Positions 62,478-64,000 of a DNA stretch of 64,000 nucleotides are shown piece after piece. The position numbers and the translations under genes are program-made. The DNA lies in the NCBI GenBank assembly GCA_043228905.1, contig JBHGNT010000004.1, forward strand, positions 11,656,001 through 11,720,000, read 5' to 3'. The notes under the pieces are model-generated. The model saw only the letters and a list, made by a program, of their open reading frames with translations. It was not told where the DNA came from and ran no database searches. This DNA comes from Azolla caroliniana. Taxonomy: Eukaryota; Plantae; Polypodiophyta. Position 1 is the first letter of the stretch. Each line of letters starts with the position of its first letter.

Positions 62478-63321
62478 TACTCCCCCTCAAGCTCAACTGG
62501 TTGGTGATCGAGAGGCCAAGGTTCGTCACGAACTGCCCCAACTTGTCGATACCCAGGGATTTTGTGAAGATGTCGGCCACTTGAAGATTCTTGTTGATGT
62601 GTTGTAAATCGACATATCCAGCCTCAACACACTCTCAAATGAAGTGATAGTGCACTTCGATATGCTTAGTTCGCGTGTGGAATACAGGGTTCCGAGCTAG
62701 GTAGATATTACTCATGTTGTCACATTATAGGAGAATTGGATCCTTGATGGGAACGCCCAGATCCTTTAATAGGCGCTTTAACCAGACGACCTCGCATGCA
62801 GCGACTACTGCACCCTTGTATTCAGCCTCCGTGCTTGACAATGCGATTGACGGATGATTTTTGCTGCTCTAGGAGATTGCGCCGCAGCCGAGGGAGAAGA
62901 CGAATCCTAACATTGACCGTCTATTAGCCTTATAGCCAGCCCAGTCCGCATCTGTGTACCCTTCGAACCAAATTATTGTATCTGACTTGTACATGATGCC
63001 GAAATCCATTGTCCCACGAACATACCTAAGTAATATCTTAGCGCAATCGAGATGAACATTTCGAGGGTTCTTCATGAATTGGCTAAGTAGACCGACCAAA
63101 TAACTGAGATTGGATCGTGTGATGGTTAGGTAGATTAAGTTGTAATCAGTTGTTGATACTAAGTTGGCTCGCAACAGTCTTCCCGAATCGGCATCAAGTT
63201 TGAGGTTTCGATCGAGGGGGGTAGACATAGGTTTGCACTCAGTATCTCGAACTTGTAGACTAGGTTGAGAATGTAGTGTTGTTGAGAGATCAATATCCCG
63301 GCTTGTGTCTGAATTACTTTG
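62478..63321 (-). mobile_element. Copia RT/RNase H fragment
   Basis: LIYLTITR..GYTDADWAG..LSSTEAEY..TKHIEVHYHF; TTGAGGGGGAG at the end. Confidence 0.88.
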
Positions 63322-64000
63322 TGTTGGAAAATCGCTCCCTCCATACGAGATCCGGTTATGAATGAAGAGGACCCGGTGAGAACCGGATCAAAGGGACCCG
63401 GTGAGAACCGGAAGAGGAGACATATTTGTAAATATGTTTTGAGTAAGCCTATTGAGGTTATATTTGTAAATAGCCCTAAGTTCATATGAGTATAAATATG
63501 ACCTACGGAAATCACAGTTGAGAGAGTTTCCATATTGTTGTATGTGTATATTGTTGAAGAGAGAGTGAGATAGTAGCTACGAGCACTTTCTGTTGTAACC
63601 GTCGTCGGGCGAAGATCGCGAGCACGAGGTCATTGCCTCCGTGTTTCCACTTTGTATTTCCTCTCATATAGTGATAGTTCGGAGTCCGTGGGCTCCCATG
63701 GTTTTTCCCGATCAGGGTTTTCCACGTAAAGCTCCTATGTTTCTCTATCGTTGTTTTGTGTTCGTGCATCCATCATACCTATTTCCCATTTCTGTGTTTG
63801 GTCCTTCATAGAGTGATTGTGACTCGGTTGTGGCCGAGCAATACTTCCGCACTATTTCCTATCAATCTGGTATCAGAGCGAACAACACAGGAAATGGAAG
63901 ATTCATTCGGCGGCATGTTCAAGCTCACCGGCTCCAACTACTCAGTGTGTAAGTCGAAGATGAGGGACATGTTGGTGGTTAAAGATCTTTGGTTGCTGGT
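63322..64000 (+). mobile_element. Start of copia N (E/K family): 5' LTR 63322-63864, PBS 63868-63879, gag from 63894
   Basis: TGTTG...ATCA; TGGTATCAGAGC; MEDSFGGMFKLTGSNYSV. Confidence 0.92.

Noticed and set aside
1-64000. Host genes, env-like ORFs or prokaryotic systems
   Set aside because: All recognisable ORFs are retroelement gag/pol pieces; I saw no env-like transmembrane ORF, operon or exon structure.

Overview
This window is eukaryotic heterochromatin-type DNA made almost entirely of nested, decayed retrotransposons. No host gene, rRNA, true tRNA or CRISPR array is supported. The element families suggest a non-seed plant such as a bryophyte, lycophyte or fern (inference). From left to right: the 3' end of an RTEX-like LINE; an unknown coiled-coil ORF split by a solo LTR; non-chromoviral Ty3/gypsy elements A and C; chromoviral Ty3/gypsy elements B, G and J; and many Ty1/copia elements (D, E, F, H, I, K, L, M, N). 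Positions 27215-60797 form a six-level nest that can be resolved from LTR pairs and TSDs. The most notable signals are: (1) antisense tRNA-like Pol III A/B-box cassettes near the U3 end of LTRs in three coding gypsy elements; (2) a gypsy lineage with 4-bp, CpG-centred target sites and a covarying hairpin before the PPT; (3) Tf1-type self-priming and a conserved -1 frameshift cassette in the chromoviruses; (4) a microhomology-joined, partly inverted chromovirus patchwork inside a copia gag; (5) a gag N-terminal swap between close copia relatives. Element letters are my own labels. Coordinates were counted by hand and may be off by a few bases.
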